Positions 8,765-20,200 of a stretch of DNA of 64,000 bases are shown here, one piece after another. How positions within the stretch are numbered: the stretch's first letter is position 1; each line of letters begins with the position of its first letter. The translations under genes and the position numbers were made by a program. The notes beneath the pieces are model-generated. The model was not told where the DNA came from. It saw only the letters and a list, made by a program, of their open reading frames with translations, and made no database searches. The DNA is from Myxococcota bacterium (GTDB lineage Bacteria > Myxococcota_A > SURF-8), in NCBI GenBank assembly GCA_965140415.1, contig OZ223209.1:4768001-4832000 (forward strand), in the 5' to 3' direction.

Positions 8765-11521
8765 TTACGGAGTCAACGCGATCATCCTTTCGATGCCAAT
8801 CTGCTTGACCTTCTCCCAGTCAATTGAAAGTTCGATGCGGTCGTTATTCATCCACATTTCGTGCAGATCCAGGAAATGCTCCGAATCCATGCGCTCGTCG
8901 GTTCCGCCCGGCAGATGGAACCAGGTCGTGATGCCGTCGTCGGTCAGTTCGTGCACCATACGCATCGACGCACCGTGCGACCAGCCATAGCTTTCGGTTT
9001 CCGGGTTCATACCCACGCCGTAGCTGCCGACATTGACGGTATAGGGCCCGCCCTGCAAACCGAAGGGACCGGCATCGAAATCGGAGGTCATCCCGGCGCT
9101 GCCCAGCGGATTTTCCATCGTCAATGTGTGCACCCGTCCCCACAGGGCATCGCTTAACGAAGTCAAGCCAGCAAAGGTCGGATGGCTGAAGACGTCGTCC
9201 ACCGCCATTTCCAAGGAACGCGCCAGGATATCTTCGGCGGTTTCAGTAACGGCGTCGGTGGTGACATCGTCGAAGAAAACACTTTCACCTCCCGCCGATC
9301 CGATCGAACGCAACGCCGTCACAGTGGCTTTTACGCCAAAGCTGGATGGCAGCCCACTTAACCCCTTTTGCTGTAGCTCGTCAAAGAGCAGTTCCTTTTC
9401 GAAACGCACCATGAAGAAATTGAAATAGGTGGCCGAAGCCGCGCTGGCCAATTCATCCGCATCGGAAACGGCGGCGCTTCCGATTGGATCGCTCGGATCG
9501 ACGATGCCGCTGGCCATCTGATAATCCCAGCCCTGCAACATTGCCAGTCCCTGCTGGGCTTTGTCCGACAACGTGCTTCTGGTGGCCATGGCCGCCAGCA
9601 CCGGCGGCACGCAATCCGCCGCCCATTCCGAATAGACGCGGAACTGCAAGGCAGCTAAATCTTCCCAGTCGTAATCCTTGCCTAGAATGTCATCTTCCAG
9701 CCCGTGCTTGACGCCCAGCGCGCGGTACCCGACCGCCGCCTCGAAAAGATAGTACTGATCGTCGTTTAGAGGATCGTTGTCCAACACGGAGCCGGTCGGG
9801 TCGTTATTGGCGGTAATGATGTAGCCGCTGGCCGGGTTACGCTGTGAAGGCAACTCCGCTTCTGGAACGAAGCCGTTCCAACTATAAGTATCCGTGTCAC
9901 CAGGTTGCACCAACCAGGGCGGATGGGCCGTCAGATCACCGGTGCGCAGCGGCAGGTTGGCATGCGGGAAAACACCGATATCGTGATCGACGGTGGCGAA
10001 AAGATGATTTTGCGCGCCGACTTCGAATTTCTGCGCGGCGGCGAAGGCATCATCCATTGTTCCCGCCGTTTGCAGATCCATGAAGCATTCCAATTCGCCG
10101 GTCGCTTCCTGCCCGGTCCAACTGAATGAAATGGCGGTGCCGTTGACCGTGTCGAAGGTTTCCGGAACCAACGGTCCATGGTGTGGCACGAAGTACAATG
10201 GTGCTTCCTTGTACGTCGGTGGAGTCTGGTTGTGACCGTCGCGGAACTGATGCACCACCTCGATCACGTCCACCGTATTTCCATTGTAGGAAACGGAAAC
10301 AGGCTTGCCGTTACCATCGAAGGTGACGGTTTCCAGATATAGATCCAGCACGTCGAACATGGACGTGGTTTCACCCCAGGCCATGCGGTCATTACGCCCG
10401 ATCACCAATGACGGCGTTCCGGGGAAGGCCACGCCTGCTGTATGCCAACCATCCGATTCACCACCCATTTCCCGGATATCCACACTCACCGGCATGAAAA
10501 CCGCCGGGCTTTGCAGGGACAGGTGCGGATCGTTGCACAGATAGGTCACGCCGTTTTTGTCGTTCAATGCCCAACTGTTGCTGGCCCCCTTGCGGGCTAC
10601 GATTTCCATGCGCGAAGCATTCTCGACAAACGCCTTGCCGTTTTTCAACTGCTGCAAAAAGGCGGCCTTATCCGGGGCGATGGCCGCCGGGGCAGTGTGG
10701 AACACAGAGCGCTTTTTACTTGCCGTATTCCAATCCGGAATGATGGCAACCGGTGCCAGCGGTTGCGGGAAAATCAGTTGGTTGAACAGATCCGGTCCTA
10801 ACGCGGTGTAGAATTCGGTCAAGTTCAGTTCGTCGGAAAGGGTTTGGGATAGCAACCAGGTCTGATAGCGCGCAATCGAGATGGTGTCCAGCGGCTCCCA
10901 GTCGTTGGTCTGCGACGGCTTCTGGTTTACGAACATGAAGGTAAAGGGTTCAGGCCAGTCCGAATCGTCTTCCTTGTAACGTGCCAGACGCCGGTTGACA
11001 CCCTCCGCGTAGGCGTCGATCACACCTTTCAAGCGTGGGGTAAGGTTATCGTAAATAGCCTGTAAAACATCTTCGCCGTTACGGGTGGAAAAGATCATGC
11101 GGAAAAAGAGATCCTGATCGATCAATGCCTGGATCGCGCCCACAAGATCCGTCAGTCGTCCACGTGCGAACTTGCGCAGAAACTCCATTTCAAACATACG
11201 CTGATCCGCCTGGACATAACCCATCGCCAGTGCGGCATCCAGTTCGGTTTCCGCGTAAATATGAGGAATTCCGCTCTCGTCGAAAGCGACCGCCACATTG
11301 CCTGACAGTCCTTCGACAGTGTACTGCTCGTCAACAGACTGCCCCAGTATTTCCGTCAACGCTTCCGCATCTCCGTCGGTAGTATCGCCATCAACGGAGT
11401 CTCCATCCGTTGAATCGCCGTCGCTGCTGTCACCGTCCACCGGATCGCCGTCGCCGTCGGAGCAGCCGAATACCAGTAGCAGGCACAGTAGAAGCACCAG
11501 CAAGAAAAGAAACCTGTTCAT
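8765..11521 (-). CDS. Penicillin acylase family (S45 Ntn-hydrolase) lipoprotein
   Basis: VFGC lipobox; GIPHIYA, GYVQADQR, GA|SNSW nucleophile site, NDPHL, GRN, HGP, TANN; GGGAGG RBS before ATG 11521. Confidence 0.9.
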   Translation of the reverse strand: MNRFLFLLVLLLCLLLVFGCSDGDGDPVDGDSSDGDSTDGDSVDGDTTDGDAEALTEILGQSVDEQYTVEGLSGNVAVAFDESGIPHIYAETELDAALAMGYVQADQRMFEMEFLRKFARGRLTDLVGAIQALIDQDLFFRMIFSTRNGEDVLQAIYDNLTPRLKGVIDAYAEGVNRRLARYKEDDSDWPEPFTFMFVNQKPSQTNDWEPLDTISIARYQTWLLSQTLSDELNLTEFYTALGPDLFNQLIFPQPLAPVAIIPDWNTASKKRSVFHTAPAAIAPDKAAFLQQLKNGKAFVENASRMEIVARKGASNSWALNDKNGVTYLCNDPHLSLQSPAVFMPVSVDIREMGGESDGWHTAGVAFPGTPSLVIGRNDRMAWGETTSMFDVLDLYLETVTFDGNGKPVSVSYNGNTVDVIEVVHQFRDGHNQTPPTYKEAPLYFVPHHGPLVPETFDTVNGTAISFSWTGQEATGELECFMDLQTAGTMDDAFAAAQKFEVGAQNHLFATVDHDIGVFPHANLPLRTGDLTAHPPWLVQPGDTDTYSWNGFVPEAELPSQRNPASGYIITANNDPTGSVLDNDPLNDDQYYLFEAAVGYRALGVKHGLEDDILGKDYDWEDLAALQFRVYSEWAADCVPPVLAAMATRSTLSDKAQQGLAMLQGWDYQMASGIVDPSDPIGSAAVSDADELASAASATYFNFFMVRFEKELLFDELQQKGLSGLPSSFGVKATVTALRSIGSAGGESVFFDDVTTDAVTETAEDILARSLEMAVDDVFSHPTFAGLTSLSDALWGRVHTLTMENPLGSAGMTSDFDAGPFGLQGGPYTVNVGSYGVGMNPETESYGWSHGASMRMVHELTDDGITTWFHLPGGTDERMDSEHFLDLHEMWMNNDRIELSIDWEKVKQIGIERMIALTP

Positions 11522-11680
11522 TGCCACCTCCCCAGTGAAGATTCCTCATTGGTCAAATTGTCGATTTACCAAGAGGAAGTGTACCCGATCAAAGGGCATA
11601 AGTCCAGTAGGCAATAAGTGAAGCTTTATGCTGGGTGTGTACTTCGTAAGATTAGGTTTACCATTAGAAGGACGAATCGT

Positions 11681-14482
11681 TTAGGAGCGCGAACCATCCA
11701 GCACATTACGAATTTTCTTTACCAAGTCCTGTGGAGTGTAGGGTTTGCCAATAAAATTCAACCCTTCTTCAAGTTCACCATTATGATGAGCAATGACATT
11801 TTCCGTGTAACCGGAGGTAAAGAGTACCTTAATATCCGGATGCCGCGCCAAAAAACTTTCCGCAAGATCTCGGCCATTCATAGCAGGCATAACGATGTCG
11901 GTCATCAGCAAGTCCGGTACAATCGAATGTTTTTCGCAATAGCTTAACGCATTGGGGCCATTGTCTGCCTGCACGACATTGTAGCCCTGCCGCTGCAAGA
12001 CTTTAACAGCGATATTGCGAACCATCGATTCATCTTCCACTACAAGAATGGTCTCCGTTCCACACGGCAAATCGCTGATGATCCCCAATCCTCGTTTGCC
12101 AACCTGGGTTCTTTCTCTGACCAGAGGGAAAAACACCTTGAACGTCGAACCTATACCCAACTCCGAATAGACTTCTATGTACCCTCCATGTTGTTTAACG
12201 ATTCCATAGATGGTCGCAAGTCCAAGACCAGTACCCTTGTTTTTGTCCTTGGTCGTAAAGAACGGCTCGAAAATGTTTCTTCTGGTCTCTTCGTCAATGC
12301 CAATTCCGTCATCCGTGACAGCCAGCATTACATATTTTCCGGGCTTAATATGCGGATAATTCCTGCAATAGTCTTCTCCCAGATCCACATCGGCAGTTTC
12401 GATGGTCAGTTTGCCGCCATTGGGCATGGCGTCTCTGGCGTTGACCGCCAGATTGACCAGGATCTGCTCTACCTGCCCCGGATCCGCCTTGATGCAGCCG
12501 AGAGGCTCCATGGGAATGAATGTAAGATTGACATCTTCTCCGATCAGGCGAACCAGCATTTTGTGCAGATGCTCGATCAAATTGTTCATGTTGATGATCT
12601 TCGGATCGATGATTTGCTTGCGACTAAAAGCCAATAGTTGACGAGTAAGAGAAGCCGCGCTCTCGGCTGCCTTATTTACTTCGGTTAACATGTCCACAAT
12701 CGGGTCGTCCGGGTTTGCGTCCATCAACGCGAGTTGAATATTCCCGGTAATGCCCGTCAGCAAGTTATTGAAGTCGTGGGCCACTCCACCAGCCAGACGA
12801 CCGATGGCTTCCATCTTCAGCGCTTGCTGGAGTTGAGCTTCGACAACAAGCTTCTGGGTCACATCTTTCTTGATCGCAACATAATTGACGATTTCCCCTT
12901 TTTTATTTAAAACAGGCGAGATCGTCGCTTCCTCATTATATTCTGTCCCATTTTTGCGCTTGTTGACAAATTTACCCTTCCAGACATCCCCATTGCGGAT
13001 CGTTTTCCAAAGATTCCGATAAAATTGCTGGTCGTGTTTTCCGCTCTTCAATATGCGAGGATTCTGCCCGATCGCCTCCTTGGCGCTATACCCTGTAACC
13101 TTTTCAAAAGCCGGATTTACATACTGGATCGCTCCGGATAGATCAGTGACAACAACCACTTCTGCGCTCTGCTCAATGGCGGCGAGAAGACGTTGCTTTT
13201 CCTGGTCAGCCGCCTTGCCCTTTGCAAGCATATCATTACCGGCTTCCGCTAAAGCACGGAATCCATCGTAACGTAATTGATCCACGGCAATCGGCTTGGC
13301 CTCTAAGCCGGCTTTCCGGAAAAAATGCCGAAATACATTCAATTCTTTTTGCAGGTTATTTGAGAAACGTATGGTAATCAGTAACGCGATCAAGAGCGCA
13401 AGAATCAGGATGATGCTTAAAACCAGTATGTTTTCCCATGTCGTCTGCCACAACTCCGCACGCTTTTCTGCGATGCCCGCTTCAATATCGTCCATATAAA
13501 CCCCGGTCCCTACCACCCAACCCCAGGGTTCAAAGGCTTTGGCATAGGCAAGTTTACGGACTTCCATGCCCGTGCTGGGTTTATACCAGACGTATTCGAT
13601 AAAACCGCCGCCGCGCTGAGCTTGCCGCTGTAATTCCTGATTGATCAAAACGCCATTGACATCTTTAAGATCCCAATAATTTGCGTCAGCAGCCTTGTTT
13701 TTAATGTTTTTTCCAACATGTGCAACATAGGTTCCGCCATATTTAAATGCAAACAGGTAGTTGTCTTTACCGTATCTCACATGGTCGAGCCACTCTGCCG
13801 CCTCTGCCTGAACTTGCGCCTCTACCTCATCGATGTACTCTCCTGTACCGATGAACCAATCGAGCGGCTCGAAATACTTGATGAAAGAAAGTTTTTGATA
13901 TCCCTTTCCTTCGGATTCGGGTTTGCTCCACGTGTAACCGTAGAACCCCTCCCCGGCCTCGGATTTTGCGATATCTATCATGTCGCGAATCACGAATTTG
14001 CCGGTTGTATCCCGCATCTCAAGAAGGTTTTTTCCTTCCATTTCCGGTCTGTCGGCAAATAGCTGTTCAATGCCATTTAGATCCGTTGCGAAAAAGTATC
14101 CTCTATTACTATTGTAACGGATTACGCGAAGCGCCTCCCGCACCATCGATCGGAGTTCTTTACCGGTCACCTTGTTTTTGTTCTGGTTATACAGTTCCGT
14201 GGCAATTGCGTGTGCGATGTAGACCTGCTCTTGCAGCATCGTTCTCATGCGCTCTTGAACTTTCATGTGATCGAATGAAAGACGCACGATGGCATGTTCG
14301 ATTTGTCCCTTTGTTGTCTGCTTGATTTGCTCTGTATAGGTGCGTTCATAGTTCAGGATGTCTTGCTGAAAACGAAGAATGGGAGGGAGCAGAAGTAATG
14401 CACCTAAGGGAATAACTAAAATGGCGATCAGAAGCACTGATTGCTTTAACACCGCCCGCGAAATTGTCTTTTTTACAGCCAT
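11681..14482 (-). CDS. Hybrid sensor histidine kinase (two Cache domains, PAS, HisKA, HATPase, REC)
   Basis: TM segments flanking GYFF/YTWSKP and NYLF/YVWYKP Cache repeats; YVNPAFE PAS; AHDFNN H-box; NARDAM, GTGLGL; TDIVMP receiver; start uncertain (14482 or 14518). Confidence 0.92.
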   Translation of the reverse strand: MAVKKTISRAVLKQSVLLIAILVIPLGALLLLPPILRFQQDILNYERTYTEQIKQTTKGQIEHAIVRLSFDHMKVQERMRTMLQEQVYIAHAIATELYNQNKNKVTGKELRSMVREALRVIRYNSNRGYFFATDLNGIEQLFADRPEMEGKNLLEMRDTTGKFVIRDMIDIAKSEAGEGFYGYTWSKPESEGKGYQKLSFIKYFEPLDWFIGTGEYIDEVEAQVQAEAAEWLDHVRYGKDNYLFAFKYGGTYVAHVGKNIKNKAADANYWDLKDVNGVLINQELQRQAQRGGGFIEYVWYKPSTGMEVRKLAYAKAFEPWGWVVGTGVYMDDIEAGIAEKRAELWQTTWENILVLSIILILALLIALLITIRFSNNLQKELNVFRHFFRKAGLEAKPIAVDQLRYDGFRALAEAGNDMLAKGKAADQEKQRLLAAIEQSAEVVVVTDLSGAIQYVNPAFEKVTGYSAKEAIGQNPRILKSGKHDQQFYRNLWKTIRNGDVWKGKFVNKRKNGTEYNEEATISPVLNKKGEIVNYVAIKKDVTQKLVVEAQLQQALKMEAIGRLAGGVAHDFNNLLTGITGNIQLALMDANPDDPIVDMLTEVNKAAESAASLTRQLLAFSRKQIIDPKIINMNNLIEHLHKMLVRLIGEDVNLTFIPMEPLGCIKADPGQVEQILVNLAVNARDAMPNGGKLTIETADVDLGEDYCRNYPHIKPGKYVMLAVTDDGIGIDEETRRNIFEPFFTTKDKNKGTGLGLATIYGIVKQHGGYIEVYSELGIGSTFKVFFPLVRERTQVGKRGLGIISDLPCGTETILVVEDESMVRNIAVKVLQRQGYNVVQADNGPNALSYCEKHSIVPDLLMTDIVMPAMNGRDLAESFLARHPDIKVLFTSGYTENVIAHHNGELEEGLNFIGKPYTPQDLVKKIRNVLDGSRS

Positions 14483-14731
14483 CGCGTTTTCTTCAATATC
14501 ACGAGATTCAACAATCACTTTCGCTGCAAAACGCAGCTACAAAACGAGCTTTCACACAGATTTCACATGGATAGAGTCCGCCAGAAGCAGATATCAGAAA
14601 AGGCTAATAGAGCATTGGCAAAGTATTAGCGGCTTCCACCGGGTAAACGGCTTTTTGTTTTTTTTTCCCAAAAAGCATAACATGAGGACGAACAACACCA
14701 GCACTATAACAAAACGGGGGAATTTTGCAAG

Positions 14732-14764
14732 CAATTTCAACCTGACTGTCAATTTCAACCTGAC
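14732..14764. repeat. Tandem 15-bp direct repeat, possible regulator site
   Basis: CAATTTCAACCTGAC at 14732 and 14750 in a divergent intergenic region. Confidence 0.6.
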
Positions 14765-14973
14765 AACTATTCAATGAAAGGACGCTGTGACGCACCCATT
14801 GTTTGATCGTCACCTTGAAAGCTTTCTAACGATATGATATGGAAATTGGGGTTATAATTGGAGTGGAGTTGCTCTCTCTATCGTCGGAAACCCGGCAAGG
14901 CGGCTCTTCGATTTCGATCCGGGCACGTCTGACAATTCGACGATCGAGCGTGCATGCACGCGATGAGGAAAAC

Positions 14974-15786
14974 ATGAACGCGAAAACCTATATGGAACAA
15001 TTGCGTATGGCGTTTTATCTAACCGAGCCTGCCATCGCTCACGCAATGGACGCCATGCAATTCAACACGAATTGCAGCGGGTTGGATGTCGGTTGTGGTA
15101 TCGGACTGCACACGCGCATGCTGGCGCAACGCATCGCTCCCAATGGACATGTAACCGGTTTGGATCTTTCCGAGGAACACCTGGCCAGCGCCAGCAAGTA
15201 TCTACAACAATCCCCTTATGCCGGGCAAGCCGAGTTCGTTCATGGCGATCTATTGCAGCTTCCGTTCGAAGACAATCAATTCGACTGGGTCTGGTGCTCG
15301 GACACGCTGTGGCCGCACGCCGTCGCCCAAGACCCGGTCTCGGCGGTTCGCGAACTTGTTCGGGTAATCAAGCCCGGCGGCTGGCTGAATCTTCTGTTCT
15401 GGTCGGCTCAACAACTATTACCCGGCTATCCTAAACTGGAAGCACGACTACAACAGGCTTTTACACAGAATGTCCCCTACTTTCAAGGGGATTCGCCGAT
15501 TCTGCATCACATGCGCGCCCAGAACTGGTTGATGGCAGCCGGATGCGAGCAAGTCCAGGCGCACAGCCACGTCGCCAATATCCAGTCGCCGCTCGATTCG
15601 CGCCGCTGGTCGGCTTTGCCGGTGATGTTCAACATGCTCTGGGGAAACTTGCAGGAAAGTCTTTCGGAAGAAGACTGGAACGATTACACCAGTTTATGCG
15701 ACCAGCAATCCCCAATGTTCATCCTGGACAACACCGACTACTACGGCTTTATCGTGTACAGCAGTTTCACCGGAATCGTAAAGTAA
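14974..15786 (+). CDS. Class I SAM-dependent methyltransferase
   Basis: LDVGCGIG motif I, GLDLS, LPFEDNQFDWVW, RVIKPGG; GAGGA RBS before ATG 14974. Confidence 0.88.
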   Translation: MNAKTYMEQLRMAFYLTEPAIAHAMDAMQFNTNCSGLDVGCGIGLHTRMLAQRIAPNGHVTGLDLSEEHLASASKYLQQSPYAGQAEFVHGDLLQLPFEDNQFDWVWCSDTLWPHAVAQDPVSAVRELVRVIKPGGWLNLLFWSAQQLLPGYPKLEARLQQAFTQNVPYFQGDSPILHHMRAQNWLMAAGCEQVQAHSHVANIQSPLDSRRWSALPVMFNMLWGNLQESLSEEDWNDYTSLCDQQSPMFILDNTDYYGFIVYSSFTGIVK

Positions 15787-15795
15787 CCCGCTCTG

Positions 15796-16806
15796 CTAGG
15801 GTCCGACCTTTCCCTGCACCTGGTACTTTCTAACCGCTCTGGCGTGCTCGGCCAACGACTTGCTGAAGGTGTGGTGCCCATTGTTCATGGAAACGAAATA
15901 GAGATATTTTGTCTGCGGCGGATTGGCCGCACCTTTGATAGCTCCCAAACCGGGATTGCAGATCGGCGTGGGTGGCAGCCCCTTGCGGGTGTAAGTGTTC
16001 CAGGGATGATCTGTCTGCAAGTGTTTGCGAGTCAGGTTGCCGTCGAAATTCTTGACTCCGTAAATCACGGTCGGGTCCATCTGCAACAGCATTCCAAGTC
16101 GCAGCCGGTTATGAATCACCGAGCCGACCAATGGGTATTCTTCCGGACCGCCGCTTTCCTTTTCGATGATACTGGCCGCCACCAGCATCTGATAGGGTGT
16201 CATTCCTTTTCGTTCGGCCTGCTTTAGCAACTCGGGCGTGACCTGCTTGTCGAAATTGTCCAGCATCAGGCGCACGATCTGATCCGCATTGATTCCCTTC
16301 TTGATTGTATACGTATCGGGAAAGAGATAGCCTTCCAGGCTTTTTACGTTTCGTTGCTGTAGCAGTTTGGGGTCACTGACAGCGCGTAAAAACTCGGCTG
16401 CCGTCACGATTCCCTGCTCCTGCAAAGAAACCGCAATTTCATCGATGCGCAAGCCTTCCGGAATGGTAAAGGAATAGCTCTTCACTTTGCCTTGCGCCAT
16501 CGCGCGTAGCAAATCAAGAGGAGACTGCTTGGGGGACAGCACATACTCGCCTGCCTGAACGGCTGCAACGCTCTCACCCACTTTTCCGACATAGCGGATA
16601 TAGGAGCTATCTACGATCAGATTCTTGGCAACCAGGATTTTCAATGCGCCGCGTACGCTGGTACCCGGCGGCAGATCGACGGTGACTTCCGCTCCCTCTC
16701 CCTTCGGCGTGATCAACCAACTCTGCATACTCTGATATTCGTTCAGAATGTAACCGCCAACAACGAGGATCGCGGCCAGCATTCCGATTGCCAACATTCG
16801 CCACAT
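15796..16806 (-). CDS. mltG: Endolytic transglycosylase MltG
   Basis: N-terminal TM; TIPEG, LEGYLFPDTY, ASIIEKE, LQMDPTVIYG, GLPPTPICNPG, YLYFVS. Confidence 0.95.
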   Translation of the reverse strand: MWRMLAIGMLAAILVVGGYILNEYQSMQSWLITPKGEGAEVTVDLPPGTSVRGALKILVAKNLIVDSSYIRYVGKVGESVAAVQAGEYVLSPKQSPLDLLRAMAQGKVKSYSFTIPEGLRIDEIAVSLQEQGIVTAAEFLRAVSDPKLLQQRNVKSLEGYLFPDTYTIKKGINADQIVRLMLDNFDKQVTPELLKQAERKGMTPYQMLVAASIIEKESGGPEEYPLVGSVIHNRLRLGMLLQMDPTVIYGVKNFDGNLTRKHLQTDHPWNTYTRKGLPPTPICNPGLGAIKGAANPPQTKYLYFVSMNNGHHTFSKSLAEHARAVRKYQVQGKVGP

Positions 16807-16829
16807 CGATCTGTTCCTTACTGTCTGTT

Positions 16830-17249
16830 TTATCCTTTATTCGAGCGGTGATCCAGAAAGCCTTGCAGCATATACGCCGCCGCCACCTTATCGATAACGT
16901 TTTTGCGCTTGTCGCGCCGCACATCACCTTCCAGTAACGCTCGTTCCGCCGCCACCGTCGTCAGGCGTTCGTCCCAGGCATGAATCGGCAACTCGAAACG
17001 CACCTGTAGTTTTTCGATCAACTGTCGCGATTCGAGCGCCTTGGGGCCTTCGCTGCCATCCATGTTCAATGGCAGACCAACCACGATTTCAGAGACGTTG
17101 TGCTCCTCGATCAACTGGGCGATTCGGTCCAGTTCTTCCCCGACTTTACCGACACGTACGACTTCCAAAGGTTGAGCCGTCCAGCCCATGGCATCCGATA
17201 ACGCAACGCCCAGCCGCACCGTTCCGGGGTCCAAACCCAATACTCTCAT
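16830..17249 (-). CDS. ruvX: Holliday junction resolvase-like RuvX/YqgF
   Basis: LGLDPG, VVGLPLNMDGSEG, WDERLTT, IDKVAA..LQ. Confidence 0.95.
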   Translation of the reverse strand: MRVLGLDPGTVRLGVALSDAMGWTAQPLEVVRVGKVGEELDRIAQLIEEHNVSEIVVGLPLNMDGSEGPKALESRQLIEKLQVRFELPIHAWDERLTTVAAERALLEGDVRRDKRKNVIDKVAAAYMLQGFLDHRSNKG

Positions 17250-17281
17250 CTATCGCCTCCGGTCTTGCTCGCGAATGTCCG

Positions 17282-20200
17282 CTATTTGAAGATGTTGCAA
17301 TCGCAACCGGACACGGACTGATTACCCGCCACCTGCAAGGACCATTCACTGCACTGATTTCCGGAGGTGAAATCGATATGCAGGTAAACATCGAAATCGT
17401 CATCGGAGAAATAATCGTCATCTTCGCAGAATTTGACGACTTCATTCAATCCCGTTCCCTGCGCAGCCGTGATGGGTGTGGCGGCACAACTTCCCTTACG
17501 CGCTTCCAGTGTGTAGTTCATTCCCGGAGGAACGCTCAAGATGGCCCAGGCGCTCAAATAAGTACACCAGCCACTGCCTTCGCGGATACGCACCTTGTAC
17601 CACATCTCTCCCACGCCGGTCACGATCTCACTTACGTCCGATCCGGCATCGCCGCGAATTTCCGATCCGCCTTCGATATTCTGCAATTGCACGGCATGGG
17701 CGCAATCAAACCCTGGAACGGTCAGATCCACTTCACAACCATTTCCACTTTGCAGGTCGCAATCGGCGTGACCATCGACGCAATTGGAATCGCAAACACC
17801 GCCGTTGCATTCCGCCGTTCCACCCGGCAGGTTGCAGCTATGACCGCAGGAACCACAGTTGTCTACGTCGCTGGAAACATCGTGCTCGCAACCGTTGTAT
17901 TCCTGCTCGTCGCAGTTTCCCCATCCGTTTTCGCAGGTTCCGACAAGACACTCGCCGCCCACGCAGAGATACTGATCCACATGTTCGCCCGGATTCAGAT
18001 CCCAGCAGCTGATATCACAACCACCGCAATGATGCGGGTCGCCCATGAGATTGACTTCGCAGCCGTCTTCGGCAACTCCGTTGCAGTTGTCATAACCGGT
18101 CAGACAGCCGTCCTCGGCCACGTCGCATTCGCCATCCACGCAAACGTGATCCACTACGAAATCCAGTTCGCACTCTTGCAAACAGCCGCCGCAATGGGTG
18201 ACATTGTTGTAAATATCGGTCTCACAGCTACTGTCGGCGATGCCGTCGCAATTGTCCCAGCCTTCGTCGCAAGGACCCTGAGTGCAATCCCCGCTGCTGC
18301 AAACCGCGCCACTGCGATGTTCGAAGTTTTCACAGGGATCGTTGCATAAACCGCAGTGATCCATATCGGTTTGCAAATCCGCCTCGCAACCATCGGAATC
18401 GTCCAGGTTGCAATCTTGATAGGTTCCATCACAGGCTCCCATCCAACAATGACCCGCCGTACAATGTCCTGTTGCATTGTCATAGTCACAGGAAACTTCG
18501 CATGAACCGCAATGCTGCGGGTCCGTATTGGTCAACGTTTCACAACCGTTGGCGATATTGTCATCGCAATGCCCGCGTCCCTGATCGCAAGAAAGTACCT
18601 GGCAATCACCCTGGACGCATTGCCCAACACCGTAGAGGATCGAACATACGCTGTTACAGTCCCCGCAGTTGTTGATATCATTGTAGATATCGGTTTCGCA
18701 GCCGTTGGTGCTCTGGCAATCCTTGTAGCCTTCGTCACATAATCCCATCGAGCAGCTGCCGTCGGTGCAAACGCCCTGTGCATGGGTGTATTCGCAGGCG
18801 TAATTGCAAATACCGCAGTTTTCCGGGTCATCCGCTACATAATCACCGCAACCGGTTGTGAAGTCATCGTCGCAATTTCCCCAGGGATATTCGCAGGATG
18901 TGATTTTACAAACCCCGTTGTTACAGATCGAGGTTCCATTGTCGACCGCACAGGAGTTCCTGCATTCGCCGCAATGCAATGCGGAAGTGAAGGTGTTGGT
19001 TTCACAACCATCGCTGTAGGAGTCGTTGCAGTCACCGCGACCGAAGTTGCAGCTTTCCACTGCACATTCGCCTTCGTCGCACATCGGCCAGCCGTAAGCC
19101 ACTTCACAAATATTCCGGCATTCGCCGCAATGCATGATGTTTTCATCCAGGTTGATTTCACAACCGTCATAGGCCTGACCGTTGCAATCGTCGTAGGGAG
19201 ACTGGCAGACATAACTGCACACTCCCTGCACACAAGCCGGGTCGGCGTTGGGTTTGGCAGGACAGTCAAGGCACAAATCCCCGCAGCAATCGGCAGTGTC
19301 GTTGACTACGCAGTCCGCTCCGCTCCGGTGATAGCCCGCTTCACATCCGTAATCGCACACGCCGTTGTCACACAAACCTACAGCATGTTCGGGTAGACTT
19401 ACGGTGCAGTTATCGCAGGCATCCCCGCAACAGTCGGGTTCGTTGACAGGTACGCAATAGCCGTTGCCTTCGGTGTAATGCCCCTGGCATTCGAAGTTGC
19501 AGCGATACACCTGCGAGAAGGGTTCACAGTAGGCTACGGAGTGTTCCGGCTCGTAGCAAGGCTCGCATAAACTACCGCAATGATTGACATCGCTGTCGCT
19601 TACGCAGGTGCCGTCGCAGTTGTGCGTGCCGACATCGCAGTTGGACACCTGTCCCAATAGCGAGATTTGCATATCCTGATCGATGTAGCCATCGTTCAAA
19701 ATACGAAGAATTCCCTGGCTCTGGCCCATCACATCCGAATAAAAGCGGATGGTGAATGTCAGTTCACTTTGCGCGCCGCTTTCGTCGCCGACAAGCACCG
19801 GGAAGGCTGTTGGCAGGTCAATAAATGAAAAATTCGCGCTGCTGCCGCTGGTAAAGGAAATCCCGTTGATCGCCAAAGTTCCACTGCCGCCGTTAGTAAT
19901 GCTGATTTCTTTAAGCGATTCATAGCCGGGACGCTGGTTTCCGAAATCGTAAACGGGACCGGCAGGAATGATTTCCACGTAAGGATCGACCATACGGCCT
20001 GTCAGCGTCAATTCCATCGAGCTCATAAATTGATCGTTGGTGCTGAACCCGAACTCCCGCGTTGCCGAAGATGGAAATCCACCCGGCACGGCACCGGTTG
20101 GGGATGTGAAATAGAAGCTCAATATGCCTGTGTCCTCCGGGCCCAGCTCCATGCTGCCGGTATATTGCATGCTGATCACGGCATTGGGGTCCAACGCGGT

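Noticed and set aside
14682-14777. 31-aa ORF spanning the direct repeat
   Set aside because: No RBS; the peptide repeat simply reflects the DNA duplication
17800-19640. Multiheme cytochrome
   Set aside because: Motifs are HCGxC..C, not CxxCH; better read as disulfide repeats
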